From: Bacteroidales bacterium
GTDB taxonomy: Bacteria > Bacteroidota > Bacteroidia > Bacteroidales > JAADJA01
Direction: 5' to 3'
NCBI GenBank assembly: GCA_026984135.1
Contig: JALSSR010000095.1
Coordinates: 1,840 to 65,839, forward strand
Length of the DNA: 64,000 nt
Position numbers and translations under genes: made by a program. The notes under the pieces were generated by a model. That model did not search any database. It worked only from the letters and a program-made list of their open reading frames with translations, and was not told the origin of the DNA. This document shows positions 37,471 to 47,407 of the stretch, in pieces. How positions within the stretch are numbered: position 1 is the first letter of the stretch; each line of letters starts with the position of its first letter.

Positions 37471-38475
37471 TTATTGATTCACAGGTTTCATTCCCAAAAT
37501 TTCTTCTGCAAATTTGAAGGTTTCTCTTTCTACTCCCTTAACATCTTTCGACAATATTCCCGAAGGAATAGGATGTACTCCTGCCTCGGGAAACGCCACT
37601 TTCCTCTTTTTATTTTCAGGAGTGGATACCTGATCGAACATTTCCATCATTCTCGGAACGGAAACGGTAGGATCTTGATGTTCTTCATCCTTGTAATAAT
37701 ATCCCAGAAACAGAGGTTGGTGTATCTTTTTGAAAGTCTCCTCTTTCATAGTTTTATTTACAAGCCTTTTCATAGCCCTGACTGCTTCCAGACGGTACTT
37801 TGACTGCCAGTATTTCCGAACCTCGGGCGGATCGTCATAAATATTGTATTTCCCATGAAAAAGTTTTGCAATACAAAGGCCGCATGGTTTTGTAAGAATA
37901 TTTGCCGATTTATCCGCCACATCAATATTTGGAGAATAGAGAATCAATCCGTAAATCCAGGGATTTGCCGCTGCTATTGCCAGTGAAAGAGTTCCGCCTG
38001 TGGATGTGCTCATTAAAATAACCTTTTCGCCTAATTGTCTGCCTATTGCGACAGCTTTCTTGGCACTTTCAAGATAGTTTTCAGGAGTTAAATCAACTAA
38101 AGCATCCGTTGTATCAATGCCATGGCCGTATAATCGTGCAAGATACATATTACATCCGTAGCGTTTTGCAAAATCAAAATTTACAGGATAACCCTCCATC
38201 CAGCTTGCCGAAAATCCGTGTAAATAAACAACTACATATTCGGTTTTTTCCTTTTTTTCCGGATTAGCCCAAAGAATCTTAGCCTCGTTATCCTTTTTTA
38301 TGTTAGGTCTTGCAGCTTCCGACGCGTTTACTTCGGCTTCAAGCTGTTCCGGCGTTTTTACAATGGTGTCGTTTTCAATTTTAGCCGATAATTGCGCATT
38401 TGCAGGTTCCGATATCATAAAATAGATTATTGCAATTGTAAATAATACTATAATTCCAATAAAAATTTTCTTCAT
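37471..38475 (-). CDS. secreted alpha/beta-hydrolase (esterase/lipase-like)
   Basis: Start moved to MKKIFIGIIVLF. HGFSAS and nucleophile-elbow-like MSTSTGG motifs. Confidence 0.65.
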   Translation of the reverse strand: MKKIFIGIIVLFTIAIIYFMISEPANAQLSAKIENDTIVKTPEQLEAEVNASEAARPNIKKDNEAKILWANPEKKEKTEYVVVYLHGFSASWMEGYPVNFDFAKRYGCNMYLARLYGHGIDTTDALVDLTPENYLESAKKAVAIGRQLGEKVILMSTSTGGTLSLAIAAANPWIYGLILYSPNIDVADKSANILTKPCGLCIAKLFHGKYNIYDDPPEVRKYWQSKYRLEAVRAMKRLVNKTMKEETFKKIHQPLFLGYYYKDEEHQDPTVSVPRMMEMFDQVSTPENKKRKVAFPEAGVHPIPSGILSKDVKGVERETFKFAEEILGMKPVNQ

Positions 38476-38495
38476 AAAAAATATTCTATTATTTG

Positions 38496-38513
38496 TTACT
38501 TTTGCAAAAGTAA
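38496..38513. promoter_or_regulatory. perfect 18-nt palindrome TTACTTTTGCAAAAGTAA containing a TACTTTTG -7 box on each strand
   Basis: Lies between divergent genes (minus ATG at 38475, plus ATG at 38584). Confidence 0.4.
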
Positions 38514-38583
38514 TCAATAAATTTGTTTTACGCCATTTGGGAAGAATTTGTATTGTTATTATTTGACGATTAAAAAATTAGAC

Positions 38584-39450
38584 ATGAAACGAACTACAAA
38601 ATTGTTAATGCTTTCGGTTTTTATACTTTCGGTATTTTTATCCTGTAAAAAGGATGAAGAAAAGAACAGTGACCCGTCAATAAGTTCAATTACCGTTAGT
38701 CCGACACAAACGGAGACCAATACAAATGTAGCGGTTACCGTGCAGGCTTCAGACCCTGACGGTGATATCCTTAACTATAATTATTCTGTAACGGGAGGTT
38801 TAATAACCGGAAACGGGCCTACTGCAGTGTGGATGTCGGCAGGGCAGGAGGGGTCTTATAGCGTGACCGTGACCGTGGACGACGGTAAGGGCGGCACTTC
38901 AAGTGCTTCAGCCTCTCTGTCCGTTATTCAGGGGAAATATAAGGTGGTGAAGTTGGAAACAGACTTTGGTAATATGATGATCTGGCTCTATAACGAAACG
39001 CCGAACCACAAGGCTAACTTCCTGAATCTAACGACAATGGGCTTTTACGACAGTCTTATTTTTCATCGTGTTATTTATGATTTTGTTATTCAAGGTGGCG
39101 ATCCCGACGGTACTGGTTTCGGTGGACCCGGATATACTATTCCTGCCGAGATTGATACTTCCCTGCATCATGTTTACGGTGCTGTGGGGGCTGCACGAAA
39201 ATCTGATACTATGGATTCCAACGGCTCTCAGTTTTATATCGTAACCGACCCTGACGGTGAACCGGGCCTGGATGGAAATTATACTGTTTTCGGGTATGTC
39301 TTTTCGGGTATGGATGCAGCTTTTGCAATATCTGAGGTTGAGGTTGATACCAACGGCAGACCTCTCGACACGGTTTATATGAAAAAACTTTCAATCGAGG
39401 AATATACCGAACAAGAGCTTCTGGACCAGTTTGGATTTGAAATTCCGTAA
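38584..39450 (+). CDS. lipoprotein with Ig-like N-domain and cyclophilin-type peptidyl-prolyl isomerase domain
   Basis: Lipobox FLSC. Cyclophilin motifs FHRVIYDFVIQGGDP, GSQFYIV and YTVFGYV. Confidence 0.85.
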   Translation: MKRTTKLLMLSVFILSVFLSCKKDEEKNSDPSISSITVSPTQTETNTNVAVTVQASDPDGDILNYNYSVTGGLITGNGPTAVWMSAGQEGSYSVTVTVDDGKGGTSSASASLSVIQGKYKVVKLETDFGNMMIWLYNETPNHKANFLNLTTMGFYDSLIFHRVIYDFVIQGGDPDGTGFGGPGYTIPAEIDTSLHHVYGAVGAARKSDTMDSNGSQFYIVTDPDGEPGLDGNYTVFGYVFSGMDAAFAISEVEVDTNGRPLDTVYMKKLSIEEYTEQELLDQFGFEIP

Positions 39451-39513
39451 AACAAAACCGGCTGCTCTTGCGTTATTATATTTTGAGTGTTTATATTTTA
39501 AAGTATAAGAGCT

Positions 39514-39915
39514 ATGAAACGGAATTTGTTGATATTACCGGTGTTGCTATTTATAATAGCTTGCTCGTCAACAAAAGATGTTGAGGGCATTAAAGAGATA
39601 AAAGCTCAAAAGGTTGCGGATTCAACCGAATATGAACTTGTGGTTTTCGATCCAGGATTTACTTCCTGGTTCGCCACAAACCGGAAACCCAAATGGTATC
39701 ATTCGCACAGCTTCTATAAAAATTGGAATACCATCTATGTCAATGAATGGAACTACAGGGTTACGAATATGAAGTATCGGGAACCGTACGACTTTCAGAT
39801 CAATTATGACCCGCAAGAAGATTATGGCTTGGATGTGGATTGGGAACTTTACTGGTGGTTCAAGTTTATGGAAGACAAATATCATATCAAACTTGCCACC
39901 TTTGACAGCAGGTAA
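39514..39915 (+). CDS. small lipoprotein of unknown function (DUF6146-like)
   Basis: Signal peptide plus lipobox (IIACSS) and Trp/Tyr-rich conserved-looking body. The family name is from memory only. Confidence 0.5.
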   Translation: MKRNLLILPVLLFIIACSSTKDVEGIKEIKAQKVADSTEYELVVFDPGFTSWFATNRKPKWYHSHSFYKNWNTIYVNEWNYRVTNMKYREPYDFQINYDPQEDYGLDVDWELYWWFKFMEDKYHIKLATFDSR

Positions 39916-40047
39916 ACCTGTTATTAATGTGTATAAATATACTAAAACGTATAAACTTTGCAAATTTTCTTTTATGTAATTACCTGAACTATAGTAAATT
40001 TAACTCGAAGAAATTTGCATTTTCGTTCAGAATCAGTTTAAAAGGAT

Positions 40048-40320
40048 ATGGAAAACGAAATAATTCACGAAAATAATAAATTCTATACTGTTGTAGAAGG
40101 ACAGGAGTGTCACCTTCAATATACAATTGAGGAGGGCGACACTATTGTCTTTTACCATACGTATGTTCCACCTTCTTTACGCGGTCGCGGATTGGCAATG
40201 AAAATAATCAAAGAAGGACTTGATTATGCAAAATCTCAGAATATGAAATTTATTCCCGCATGCTCTGCAGTCAGAACTTTTGTGAGAAAATATCCTGAAT
40301 ATGAGGAGAATATGAGGTGA
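40048..40320 (+). CDS. small GNAT-family N-acetyltransferase (YjdJ-like)
   Basis: 90 aa. HTYVPPSLRGRGLAMKII...FIPACSAV pattern. Confidence 0.65.
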   Translation: MENEIIHENNKFYTVVEGQECHLQYTIEEGDTIVFYHTYVPPSLRGRGLAMKIIKEGLDYAKSQNMKFIPACSAVRTFVRKYPEYEENMR

Positions 40321-40532
40321 TGCTTTGATAATAAAATGAGGTTTATGTTTTCCACGAATATTGAATTGTAATATTGAGAAAGAGGTTCTTTTGCACCCGA
40401 AAACCTTATCTTTTAACAATACTCTTTAGATAATAAAGCCCGATTCGGAATCAAGTTTGCTTTTTATATCGTTATAAGTTTTTGAACATCCCCACAATAG
40501 AACAATTATCAAGACTACAAGATGAGAACTTT

Positions 40533-41678
40533 TTATCTTAGTTCTATTTTTCCAATGTAAAATGTTGCAGTATTATTCATTTCATCGTACTGATTGGGGA
40601 CTTTTTTGAAAAATATTTCATTTTTTGAAAGGGTATAGGCTATACCTGAAACATTTTGTGGTATTCGTATATCTTCGCACATTTTTTTATTTTTAATAAA
40701 AATCTGGATATATTTTCGAATTAATTCCATATTCTCATTTGCTTCTTCAAGCGAAGTGAATATTTCATCCTCTTTCATCTTTTGGTTATAGGTAGTTATT
40801 ATTGTATCTCCGAGAGTTGACAAATTTGAATATAATGAATTACTCAATATAAATGGCATAGGCATTTCGGGCTTTTTACCGTAATTTATTCCGTTAAGGT
40901 GTCCGAAAAAATCCGGCTTTAAATCCAACACCGAAAATAACTGAAAATTATTGTTAATATCATATTCGAACAATTTTGTGTCGTGTGGAAACAACACATA
41001 CAATATTCCTTTTGTTGAATTTACATAAGCCTTTGGTCTAACTTCAGGATAATAAAATTCATTATTTCTATAAATTGAGTTTTTTTCGTATGTTATGATT
41101 CGTCTTTTAACATTTTTGTTAAAATTTATGAAATAAAAAAACTTATAGGAAGTATCGTTATAAAAATCTACATTTATTGACCTATGGGATGTATATTGGT
41201 CGGCACTGTATATTGTACAAGAATCGCCTGAGTTGTTTATGAAGATATTAACATTTTTCCTAAATAAGGCTGAATTTTCATCGTCAAGTTTTATTACTTT
41301 AATGAAATTCCCGTCAAAGGAATAATTAACAAAAGCATTTTTACTTAATACAACAACAGAATTGTAAGTAAAAAATTTTGAAATTATAATATTTGTTTGT
41401 CGGTATTCTTTCGGGCCATCTCCTAAGCTGTTAAAACTGTATTTTATATGTCCTTTTTTATCAAAAATAACAATGTCTTTTGAATGGTAGTTAGTGCCTA
41501 AAAACAACCCTTTTTTCTCGTAATAATCATAAATTGCAATATTGCTTGCCTGTACAATTATGGAATCGTATATGGTCAATTTACCATTATATTGGTATTT
41601 GCCGGAATTTTGTCCTGTTGAGTTCTGAAAATAAATGAATAGAATTGAAAATAATAACAAATAATTATTGTATCTCAT
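40533..41678 (-). CDS. 6-bladed beta-propeller protein (BF3164-like family)
   Basis: 381 aa with a signal peptide and Asn/Tyr/Phe-rich repeated strands. Family call is from overall pattern only. Confidence 0.5.
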   Translation of the reverse strand: MRYNNYLLLFSILFIYFQNSTGQNSGKYQYNGKLTIYDSIIVQASNIAIYDYYEKKGLFLGTNYHSKDIVIFDKKGHIKYSFNSLGDGPKEYRQTNIIISKFFTYNSVVVLSKNAFVNYSFDGNFIKVIKLDDENSALFRKNVNIFINNSGDSCTIYSADQYTSHRSINVDFYNDTSYKFFYFINFNKNVKRRIITYEKNSIYRNNEFYYPEVRPKAYVNSTKGILYVLFPHDTKLFEYDINNNFQLFSVLDLKPDFFGHLNGINYGKKPEMPMPFILSNSLYSNLSTLGDTIITTYNQKMKEDEIFTSLEEANENMELIRKYIQIFIKNKKMCEDIRIPQNVSGIAYTLSKNEIFFKKVPNQYDEMNNTATFYIGKIELR

Positions 41679-41690
41679 AATAGTTGAATA

Positions 41691-41813
41691 TTAATCAATT
41701 GGAGGCTTTGCATAGCAGTCGGTCAAACAGGTATATTGGCCGGACCAAGCCGGACATTCAACTACATATTGCATTAATTCCGGATCATAATAAATTTTTT
41801 GGGGAATAGACAT
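41691..41813 (-). CDS. possible 40-aa Cys-containing peptide immediately upstream of the propeller gene
   Basis: My translation: MSIPQKIYYDPELMQYVVECPAWSGQYTCLTDCYAKPPID. Its stop is 12 nt before the propeller ATG. An overlapping 43-aa signal-anchor ORF (41774-41905, MKKILVLIMIIATIGILLSVTKYSESEENKKC...) lies in another frame. Confidence 0.25.
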   Translation of the reverse strand: MSIPQKIYYDPELMQYVVECPAWSGQYTCLTDCYAKPPID

Positions 41814-42050
41814 TTCTTATTTTCTTCCGATTCTGAATATTTCGTAACTGATAAAAGAATGCCTATTGTAGCGATAATCATTATTAGTACTAATATTTTT
41901 TTCATAATAGGTATATTTAAGTTAAACATTTATTTGATTAAAATGGCTGCGAATATATATATATAACTATGCAAGTTTTTTGCAATATTTTTTCAAAAAA
42001 GTTATTAATAATTGTTCTATGCAGTGAAATCCCGTACATTCGAGTCTTTC

Positions 42051-43418
42051 CTATCCGAACAACTTCCCGACCACTTCCTCTATTTTTCCGACCGGTACAA
42101 TTTCAATTTTATACTTCTTGCGGTCAATTCCTTTAAGGTTGTATTTGGAAATAAATATTTGCTCAAAACCCAGTTTATCAGCTTCGGCAATGCGCCGCTC
42201 AATTCTGTTGACAGGTCTGATTTCTCCCGAAAGCCCGACTTCCGCGGCAAAACAGGCCTTTTGATCAATAGGGATGTCTTCATTGGATGATAAAACCGCA
42301 CTGACAATTGCAAGATCAATGGCAGGGTCATCAACTTTTAAACCACCGGCGATATTCAAAAAGACATCCTTTGTGCCAAGTCTGAATCCGCTTCGTTTTT
42401 CAAGAACAGCAAGCAACATATTCAGTCTGCGAATATCGTAGCCGGTTGCCGACCTTTGAGGTGTTCCGTATGCCGCCGAGCTAACCAGCGCTTGTGTTTC
42501 TATCATCATAGGCCGCATTCCTTCAACCATTGCTGCAATTGCAATTCCGCTCAGGTTTTCATCACGATGTGAAAGTAGTATCTCCGAAGGATTTGCAACC
42601 TCCCTGAGACCTGTTCCACGCATCTCATAAATACCAAGTTCCGAGGTGGAGCCGAAGCGGTTTTTCGTTGAACGTAAAATTCTGTATCCGTAATTTCTGT
42701 CACCTTCAAACTGTAAGACCGTATCTACCATATGTTCAAGCACTTTCGGCCCGGCAAGGGAGCCTTCTTTTGTAATGTGCCCTATAAGTATGACCGGTGT
42801 GTTTGTCAGTTTGGAATATTTCTGAAACTCCCCGGCAGTCTCCCGTATCTGTGAAATACTGCCGGCAGACGAATCAATGATGTCCGTATAAGTGGTTTGT
42901 ATTGAGTCAATTATAACAAGGTGTGGCAGCAACTTTTCAATATGCTGAAAAATGCTTTGTGTATGTGTTTCAGCCAGAATGTAGCAGTCCGGATTGTTCA
43001 TCCCTATACGTTCCGCTCTCATTTTTATTTGTTGTTCGCTCTCTTCACCTGTGATATATAGAACTTTCATTCCCTTCAGGTTAAGTGCGACCTGAAGCAT
43101 AAGCGTTGATTTCCCTATTCCGGGTTCACCTCCCACAAGAACAAGCGATCCGGCAACCAAGCCACCACCGAGAACCCTGTTTAGTTCATTGTTGTGCGTG
43201 TCTGTCCGGTTTTCCGTACCTGCTTCAATTTCAGAGATGCGTTTTGGTTTTGGAGCGGTTTTGTTTGCTGTGACGGGAGCTTTGTTTTTACCTTTATCCG
43301 ACTGTATGATCTCCTCTACATAAGTGTTCCACTCCCCACACGAAGGACATCGTCCGATCCACTTTGAAGATTGAGCTCCACAGTTTTGACAATAAAATAC
43401 TGTTTTTGCTTTAGCCAT
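42051..43418 (-). CDS. radA: DNA repair protein RadA/Sms
   Basis: N-terminal zinc ribbon CQNCGAQSSKWIGRCPSCGEWNT, Walker A GGEPGIGKST, KNRFG motif and Lon-like C-terminal domain. Confidence 0.95.
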   Translation of the reverse strand: MAKAKTVFYCQNCGAQSSKWIGRCPSCGEWNTYVEEIIQSDKGKNKAPVTANKTAPKPKRISEIEAGTENRTDTHNNELNRVLGGGLVAGSLVLVGGEPGIGKSTLMLQVALNLKGMKVLYITGEESEQQIKMRAERIGMNNPDCYILAETHTQSIFQHIEKLLPHLVIIDSIQTTYTDIIDSSAGSISQIRETAGEFQKYSKLTNTPVILIGHITKEGSLAGPKVLEHMVDTVLQFEGDRNYGYRILRSTKNRFGSTSELGIYEMRGTGLREVANPSEILLSHRDENLSGIAIAAMVEGMRPMMIETQALVSSAAYGTPQRSATGYDIRRLNMLLAVLEKRSGFRLGTKDVFLNIAGGLKVDDPAIDLAIVSAVLSSNEDIPIDQKACFAAEVGLSGEIRPVNRIERRIAEADKLGFEQIFISKYNLKGIDRKKYKIEIVPVGKIEEVVGKLFG

Positions 43419-43450
43419 AATATTGTATAAATTATTTTTTTATTTCCCTT

Positions 43451-43694
43451 CCGAAACCTGCAAGGACATCCTGTCGCACTGGCTTTCAAGTCCTTACAGG
43501 TTGCTTTTTCCTCCCGAAACCTGCAAGGACAACCTGCCGCACTGGCTTTCAAGTCCTTACAGGTTGCTTTTTTCTTCCGAAACCTGCAAGGACAACCTGC
43601 CGCACTGGCTTTCAAGTCCTTACAGGTTGCTTTTCCCTTCCGAAACCTGCAAGGGCATCCTGTTGCACTGGCTTTCAAGTCCTTACAGGTTGCT
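43451..43694. repeat. four tandem 63-bp units, each an imperfect long hairpin
   Basis: Units start at 43451, 43514, 43577 and 43640. In each, AACCTGCAAGGAC ... GTCCTTACAGGTT forms a 13-bp inverted repeat with one mismatch. Confidence 0.85.
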
Positions 43695-43706
43695 GTTGCC
43701 GACTGC

Positions 43707-44195
43707 CTATTTCCTTATCCTTTCAATTATTCCGCTTGTTGAATAACCTTCGAGAAAATCAATGGTTTTTATTTCGCCGCCTTTTGCAAGAACAATATCG
43801 GCGCCTACAATATCTTCCGGTTTATAATCACTTCCTTTGACCAGAATGTCAGGCTGAACAAACTTTATTAGTTCATGCGGAGTGTCTTCGTCAAATAAAA
43901 CTACAGCATCAACAAACAGCATTGCCGACAGAATTAACGCCCGGGCATTTTCATCGTTGACAGGTCTGTTGGATCCCTTTAATCTTCTAACCGAATCATC
44001 AGTGTTCAGACCAATTAACAATATGTCTCCAAGGTCCCCGGCTTTGGACAGATAGTCAATATGTCCGGCATGAATAATGTCGAAACAGCCGTTTGTGAAA
44101 ACAATCTTTTTGTTCTGAAAACGCCAGATGGCAAGTTGAGATTTCAGTTGTTGCTTACTTAATATTTTCTCCTTCAGGATTGAGAGCATTTCCAT
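43707..44195 (-). CDS. cytidylyltransferase-fold D-beta-D-heptose 1-phosphate adenylyltransferase-like protein (RfaE domain II-like)
   Basis: [17 protein letters not shown] nucleotidyltransferase motif; 162 aa. Confidence 0.75.
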   Translation of the reverse strand: MEMLSILKEKILSKQQLKSQLAIWRFQNKKIVFTNGCFDIIHAGHIDYLSKAGDLGDILLIGLNTDDSVRRLKGSNRPVNDENARALILSAMLFVDAVVLFDEDTPHELIKFVQPDILVKGSDYKPEDIVGADIVLAKGGEIKTIDFLEGYSTSGIIERIRK

Positions 44196-45198
44196 TTTTC
44201 TTATTGTTAATTAAGGGTAACACAATCATTGAGATGAGCCCGGAAACAACTATCATAAGGGTTTGACCCGTCCACAAGAGCCAGCCCATTGCATAACCTT
44301 TGGTTTGCGGGATATAAAATATAACCAGTATTTCCGCCACAATCCATGGATAGATGCCTATTCCGCCCTGAACCACGATAATTCCGATTGAACCGAAGGC
44401 AAGAACTGCAAGTGCCACATTAAGACCGAGACTGCTTGTCTCGGGCAAACTGAAAAACACTACCCACGCCATCAGCAGATACATAAACCAGATAAAAACG
44501 GAATGAAAAAAGAACCGGAAAGGCTTTTTTATCTTAGTTAAAGATTTCAGACCTTCTCCAAAACCGATAATAATGCCTTTTATGCTTTTGTAAAATTTGT
44601 AATGAGATATTTTATGTCTGAATTTAATGAACAGAACAATGACGGCAACTATTATCAGTCCCGTAATAATATATAATCTGCCCGGATGCTGAAGGTTGTG
44701 ATATCTCTCAATGGCATTTTTTGCGATAGAAGTCTCTTTAAACTTTGCAAATTTGTCAAGATTGATGACGAGGTTTAAAATGAAAACAATTAACAAAGAA
44801 ATCATATCAATTGCTCTTTCGGTCACAACGGTTCCAAATGATTTTTGCATTGGTATTTTTTCATACCTTGTCAATATTCCGCATCTTGTAACTTCACCGA
44901 GACGAGGCAGGGCAAGGTTTGCCAAATAACCGACCATAAGTCCGAAAAAAGCATTTTTGAATCTGGGTTTATATCCCAGGGGCTCCATAAGAATTAACCA
45001 TCGTACGGTCCGGCTAACATGGCTCAGAAGCCCTATAACCATTGAGATGAGAATCCAGTAATAATCGGCGTGAAAAAAAGTGTAAAAAATCTCCTTTTTG
45101 TCTTCCGGTGAGATGTTCCTCATAAATATCCAAATGAAAAACACTCCTATTCCAAGGAAGAAGATGAGCTTGGTAATTGTTAACAGACCCTTTTTCAA
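44155..45198 (-). CDS. flippase-like / lysylphosphatidylglycerol-synthase TM-region family membrane protein (UPF0104)
   Basis: 347 aa, about 8 TM helices, conserved RWLILM...LPRLGE(V)TR pattern. Confidence 0.65.
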   Translation of the reverse strand: MKKGLLTITKLIFFLGIGVFFIWIFMRNISPEDKKEIFYTFFHADYYWILISMVIGLLSHVSRTVRWLILMEPLGYKPRFKNAFFGLMVGYLANLALPRLGEVTRCGILTRYEKIPMQKSFGTVVTERAIDMISLLIVFILNLVINLDKFAKFKETSIAKNAIERYHNLQHPGRLYIITGLIIVAVIVLFIKFRHKISHYKFYKSIKGIIIGFGEGLKSLTKIKKPFRFFFHSVFIWFMYLLMAWVVFFSLPETSSLGLNVALAVLAFGSIGIIVVQGGIGIYPWIVAEILVIFYIPQTKGYAMGWLLWTGQTLMIVVSGLISMIVLPLINNKKNGNALNPEGENIK

Positions 45199-45203
45199 AA
45201 GAA

Positions 45204-45551
45204 TTACTTTAGGTTATTATTATCATCAGGGAACACAATCGTCGGCTTGAAACTTTTTGCTTCCTCAAAAGGCATCATAGCATAAGATACAATAATTACC
45301 TTATCACCGACAGCTGCCTTTCGTGCTGCAGCACCGTTCAGCGAGATTATTCCCGTACCTCTCTTACCTTTAATAACATAAGTCTCCAATCTTTCACCAT
45401 TCGTAATGTTATAAATGCTCACCACCTCATTTTCAATAAGGTTGACGGCATCCATCATATTCTCATCAATGGCGATACTACCAATGTAATTCAGGTCTGA
45501 TTCCGTTACGGTAGCCCTGTGAATCTTTGATTTTAAAACTTTAATTTGCAT
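45204..45551 (-). CDS. panD: aspartate 1-decarboxylase
   Basis: [23 protein letters not shown], with the self-processing G-S site. Confidence 0.95.
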   Translation of the reverse strand: MQIKVLKSKIHRATVTESDLNYIGSIAIDENMMDAVNLIENEVVSIYNITNGERLETYVIKGKRGTGIISLNGAAARKAAVGDKVIIVSYAMMPFEEAKSFKPTIVFPDDNNNLK

Positions 45552-45563
45552 AACGGTGCAAAG

Positions 45564-46406
45564 TTACGAAAATAAAATAATATTGTCAATTAAACGAACA
45601 TTTCCAACGTAAACAGCTATGCAGGCGATTACGTTTTTGCTTCCAAGCCAAGTAGTTAGCGGTTCAAGTGTAAAAAGATCAACAATTTCAAAATATTCAA
45701 GTTTCATATTCTTCCTTTTGAACTCTCTTTCAACGTGATTTTTAAGTTCGTGAATAGGTTGGAAGCCTGCCTGAACTTTGACAAATTTTAGTGTTTTGTA
45801 TATCAATGAAGCCTGCTTTCTTTCCGATTTCGACAGCAACTCATTTCTTGAACTCATAGCAAGTCCGTTTTTTTCTCTTACTATGGGGCAGGGAACAAGT
45901 TCGACAGGGATATTGAAATCCTTAACCATTTTATGAATTATAAGAAGTTGCTGATAGTCTTTCAGCCCGAAATATGCTCTGTGAGGTTCGACAATCTCAA
46001 AAAGTTTTTTGACAACCGAAGCCACCCCTTTGAAATGCCCCGGTCTGTATTTTCCTTCCATCACTTCATCAAGACCACCAAAATCGAACTCTGTAGTATC
46101 GGGCTCCGGATACATCTCTTCATTTGAGGGGTGAAATACAACATCACAACCTTCGCCTTCAAGTTTTTTTAAATCAGCTTCCGGTGTTCTCGGGTATTTT
46201 TCCAGATCCGATTTGCTGTTAAACTGAGTTGGGTTGACAAAAATGCTTGCAACCACCAAATCATTTTCATCCTTTGCTTCCCTGAATAAAGAGAGATGTC
46301 CGTCGTGTAATGCTCCCATTGTAGGAACAAACCCAATTGTCATACCGGCATCTTTTTTTTCTTTAAGGTATTCCTTTAACTCTTTTTTTGTTTTAAACAA
46401 TTCCAT
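45564..46406 (-). CDS. panC: pantoate--beta-alanine ligase
   Basis: GFVPTMGALHDGHLSL ... FGLKDYQQ motifs. Confidence 0.95.
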   Translation of the reverse strand: MELFKTKKELKEYLKEKKDAGMTIGFVPTMGALHDGHLSLFREAKDENDLVVASIFVNPTQFNSKSDLEKYPRTPEADLKKLEGEGCDVVFHPSNEEMYPEPDTTEFDFGGLDEVMEGKYRPGHFKGVASVVKKLFEIVEPHRAYFGLKDYQQLLIIHKMVKDFNIPVELVPCPIVREKNGLAMSSRNELLSKSERKQASLIYKTLKFVKVQAGFQPIHELKNHVEREFKRKNMKLEYFEIVDLFTLEPLTTWLGSKNVIACIAVYVGNVRLIDNIILFS

Positions 46407-46427
46407 ATTCTTCGAATGATTCAGTGT

Positions 46428-46937
46428 TTAATTATTTATTATTTCCAACAAATCTTTCTCCAGCGTGTAATCCGGACTTTCAACGATCCTGCCTATCTCC
46501 GTTCCATTTTTCAAAATAATAAATGTTGGAATACGCTCAATATTTAGATTTGAAATGTCAATGTCGCCGGCAGTTTTATTTCTGTCAACACAAAACACCT
46601 TAACGGTATTAGTATTGTATTCCAGTTTGTCCATAATTTTATAAAAACGGGGTACTTCTCTTTGGCTGTCGGAACACCATGTTCCGAGCACTACTATGAT
46701 ATCGCAGCCGTAAATTCTATTCTTTAACTCATTGATTATCTCACGGTTGGGCGCGTAGTTTGTGTAGTTATATTTGAAATACTCACCAAAGTCTCCTGTT
46801 TGTAATTGACTTCTGGTAACCTTACTGGTTAATATCTCCTCTTTTGCCGGGCTATCCTGAGTTGCTTCCGTCTGAGCTGAGACAGACAAGTTCATTGATG
46901 AAATCAACAATGTCATTATTATAAATGAGGTTTTCAT
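46428..46937 (-). CDS. secreted thioredoxin-fold protein (CxxS variant)
   Basis: Signal peptide; LGTWCSDSQREVP replaces the CxxC site; thioredoxin-like C-terminus (IPTFIILKNG). Confidence 0.65.
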   Translation of the reverse strand: MKTSFIIMTLLISSMNLSVSAQTEATQDSPAKEEILTSKVTRSQLQTGDFGEYFKYNYTNYAPNREIINELKNRIYGCDIIVVLGTWCSDSQREVPRFYKIMDKLEYNTNTVKVFCVDRNKTAGDIDISNLNIERIPTFIILKNGTEIGRIVESPDYTLEKDLLEIINN

Positions 46938-47053
46938 TTTTATGATTTTTTAAAAATTGGCTGCAAAGATAAGATAATATTAAGCCTGTCATTATTTTCA
47001 GACATCAAATATTACTTTCAAAAAAATTTAACAGATAAAATAACTGCAAAAAG

Positions 47054-47398
47054 TTATTCAAATTCTATCAGTAGTTGGTTTTTAGTAACCAGATCACCTT
47101 TTTTGACCAATACGGCTTTCACAACACCACTTGTAGGAGAAAGAAGTTCATTATTCATTTTCATCGCCTCAAGAATCAAGAGGTTATCTCCCTCTTTCAC
47201 CTTTTTGCCGGGTTTTACATAAATTTTCTTTATTGTTCCCGGAATAAAAGCAGTGAGTTTTTTTATGTCTTTTTTCTCATATGGTTTTCTGGACTGATAC
47301 TTTTTTGTAAGTTTTGTCCGGTATTTAATATTTTCGATGAGTAGAGACTTGTATGACACTTTTTTAACTTTCTTAGTTAGTACATCATTTTCTTTCAT
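47054..47398 (-). CDS. biotin/lipoyl-attachment carrier protein (biotin carboxyl carrier-like)
   Basis: LILEAMKMNNEL biotinylation motif. Confidence 0.8.
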   Translation of the reverse strand: MKENDVLTKKVKKVSYKSLLIENIKYRTKLTKKYQSRKPYEKKDIKKLTAFIPGTIKKIYVKPGKKVKEGDNLLILEAMKMNNELLSPTSGVVKAVLVKKGDLVTKNQLLIEFE

Positions 47399-47407
47399 AA
47401 TATATAA

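Noticed and set aside
43316-43746. 120-aa (-) and 107-aa (+) ORFs across the 63-bp repeats; I also considered whether this block is a CRISPR array
   Set aside because: The proteins are repeat translations on both strands. The units are directly tandem with no unique spacers, so this is neither coding nor CRISPR.
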